Part shown: positions 60,794-64,000 of the stretch, one piece after another
How positions within the stretch are numbered: position 1 is the first letter of the stretch
Layout of the letters: each line of letters starts with the position of its first letter
Source of the DNA: the human T2T-CHM13v2.0 reference genome, Homo sapiens
Reading direction: 5' to 3' (one strand)
DNA length: 64,000 nt
NCBI RefSeq assembly: GCF_009914755.1
Contig: NC_060930.1
Made by a program: the position numbers and the translations under genes
The notes under the pieces: generated by a model
Told to the model about the DNA's origin: nothing
What the model saw: only the letters and a program-made list of their open reading frames with translations
Databases searched by the model: none

Positions 60794-61864
<1,071 letters not shown>

Positions 61865-63632
61865 TTAAAAGTCTGTTTTATCAGAGACTAGGATTGCAAC
61901 CCCTGCTTTTTTTTGTTTTCCATTTGCTTGGTAGATGTTCCTCCATCCTTTTATTTTGAGCCTATGTGTGTCTCTGCACGTGAGATGGGTTTCCTGAATA
62001 CAGCACACTGATGGGTCTTGACTCTTTATCCAATTTGCCAGTCTGTGTCTTTTAATTGGAGCATTTAGTCCATTTACATTTAAAGTTAATATTGTTATGT
62101 GTGAATTTGATCCTGTCATGATGTTAGCTCGTTATTTTGCTCGTTAGTTGATGCAGTTTCTTCCTAGTCTCAATGGTCTTTACATTTTGGCAATGGCTGG
62201 TACAGGTTGTTCCTTTCCATGTTTAGTGCTTCCTTCAGGAGCTCTTTTAGGGCAGGCCTGCTGGTCACAAAATCTCTCAGCATTTGCTTGTCTGTAAAGT
62301 ATTTTATTTCTCCTTCACTTATGAAGCTTAGTTTGGCTGGATATGAAATTCTGGGTTGAAAATTCTTTTCTTTAAGAATGTTGAATATTGGCCCCCACTC
62401 TCTTCTGGCTTGTAGAGTTTCTGCCAAGAGATCCGCTGTTAGTCTGATGGGCTTCCCTTTGTGGGTAACCCGACCTTTCTCTCTGGCTGCCCTTAACATT
62501 TTTTCCTTCATTTCAACTGGTGAATCTGACAATTATGTGTCTTGGAGTTGCTCTTCTCGAGGAGTATCTTTGTGGCGTTCTCTGTATTTCCTGAATCTGA
62601 ATGTTGGCCTGCCTTGCTAGATTGGGGAAGTTCTCCTGGATAATATCCTGCAGAGTGTTTTCCAACTTGGTTCCATTCTCCCCGTCACTTTCAGGTACAC
62701 CAATCAGAAGTAGATTTGGTCTTTTCACATAGTCCCATATTTCTTGGAGGCTTTGCTTGTTTCTTTTTATTCTTTTTTCTCTAAACTTCCCTTCTCGCTT
62801 CATTTCATTCACTTCATCTTCCATCACTGATACCCTTTCTTCCAGTTGATCGCATCAGCTCCTGAGGCTTCTGCATTCTTCACGTAGTTCTTGAGCCTTG
62901 GTTTTCAGCTCCATCAGCTCCTTTAAGCACTTCTCAGTATTGGTTATTCTAGTTATACATTCTTCTAAACTTTTTTCAAAGTTTTCAACTTCTTTGCCTT
63001 TGGTTTGAATTTCCTCCCGTAGCTCGGAATAATTTGATCGTGTGAAGCCTTCTCTCAGCTCGTCAAAGTCATTCTCCGTCCAACTTTGTTGGCTCGTGAG
63101 GAACTGCGTTCCTTTGGAGGAGGAGAGGCGCTCTGCTTTTTAGAGTTTCCAGTTTTTCTGCTCTGTTTTTTCCCCATCTTTGTGGTTTTATCTACTTTTT
63201 GTCTTTGTTGATGGTGATGTACAGATGGGTTTTTGGTGTGGATGTCCTTTCTGTTTGTTAGTTTTCCTTCTAACAGACAGGACCGTAAGCTGCAGGTCTG
63301 TTGGAGTACCCGGCCGTGTGAGGTATCAGTCTGCCCCTGCTGGAGGCTGCCTCCCAGTTAGGCTGCTCGGGGGTCAGGGGTCAGGGACCCACTTGAGGAG
63401 GCAGTCTGCCTGTTCTCAGATCTCCAGCTGCGTGCTGGGAGAACCACTGCTCTCTTCAAAGCTGTCAGACAGGGACATTTAAGTCTGCAGAGGATACTGC
63501 TGTCTTTTTGTTTGTCTGTGCCCTGCCCCCAGAGGTGGAGCCTACAGAGGCAGGCAGGCCTCCTTGAGCTGTGGTGGGCTCCACCCAGTTCGAGCTTCCC
63601 AGCTGCTTTGTTTACCTAAGCAAGCCTGGGCA

Positions 63633-63977
63633 ATGGCGGGCGCCCCTCCCCCAGCCTCACTGCCGCCTTGCAGTTTGATCTCAGACTGCTGTGCTAGCAA
63701 TCAGCCAGACTCCGTGGGCGTAGGACCCTCCGAACCACGTGCGGGATATAATCTCGTGGTGCGCCATTTTTTAAGCCCGTCGGAAAAGCGCAGGATTCGG
63801 GTGGGAGTGACCCGATTTTCCATGTGCCGTCTGTCACCCTTTTCTTTGACTAGGAGAGGGAACTCCCTGACCCCTTGCACTTCCCGAGTGAGGCAATGCC
63901 TCGCCCTGCTTCGGCTCTCACATGGTGCGCGCACCCACTTACCTGCGCCCAGTGTCTGGCACTCCCTAGTGAGATGA
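63633..63977 (+). CDS. L1 antisense ORF0-like reading frame (114 aa), open
   Basis: MAGAPPPASLPPCSLISDCCASNQ... matches the ORF0 N-terminus; Kozak gcaATGG; expression unknown. Confidence 0.5.
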   Translation: MAGAPPPASLPPCSLISDCCASNQPDSVGVGPSEPRAGYNLVVRHFLSPSEKRRIRVGVTRFSMCRLSPFSLTRRGNSLTPCTSRVRQCLALLRLSHGARTHLPAPSVWHSLVR

Positions 63978-64000
63978 ACCCGGTACCTCGACTGGAAATG
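63943..64000 (-). promoter_or_regulatory. L1 5'UTR sense promoter / predicted GJB7 first exon (continues past the window), ending at donor CAG|GTAAGT
   Basis: L1 5'UTR sequence, with canonical SD97-type site GAG|GTACCG at 63987 and a perfect donor at 63943. Confidence 0.55.

Overview
This is primate (most likely human) genomic DNA, rich in Alu, L1, LTR and DNA-transposon sequence. From recall it matches the 6q14-15 GJB7/SMIM8 locus. The only intact protein-coding exon is connexin-25 (GJB7, 19050-19721, minus strand). It has a splice acceptor 27 nt upstream of the ATG and a poly(A) signal about 1.25 kb downstream. Its large upstream intron holds a processed HSP60 (HSPD1) pseudogene and a full-length L1PA with a chimeric, tandemly duplicated 3' end. 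A CpG-island promoter at about 57.2-57.7 kb has a plus-strand first exon (probably SMIM8). A young minus-strand L1PA2/3 runs from 58.07 kb off the right edge. The main finding is a plausible L1-derived transcription unit for GJB7. That L1 5'UTR lacks the ZNF93-binding segment and carries a perfect CAG|GTAAGT donor (63943). It could splice to a 178-nt uAUG-rich exon (57853-57676) antisense to the CpG-island gene, then to the connexin exon. Repeat subfamily calls and gene names other than GJB7 come from recalled consensus sequences, not from searches.
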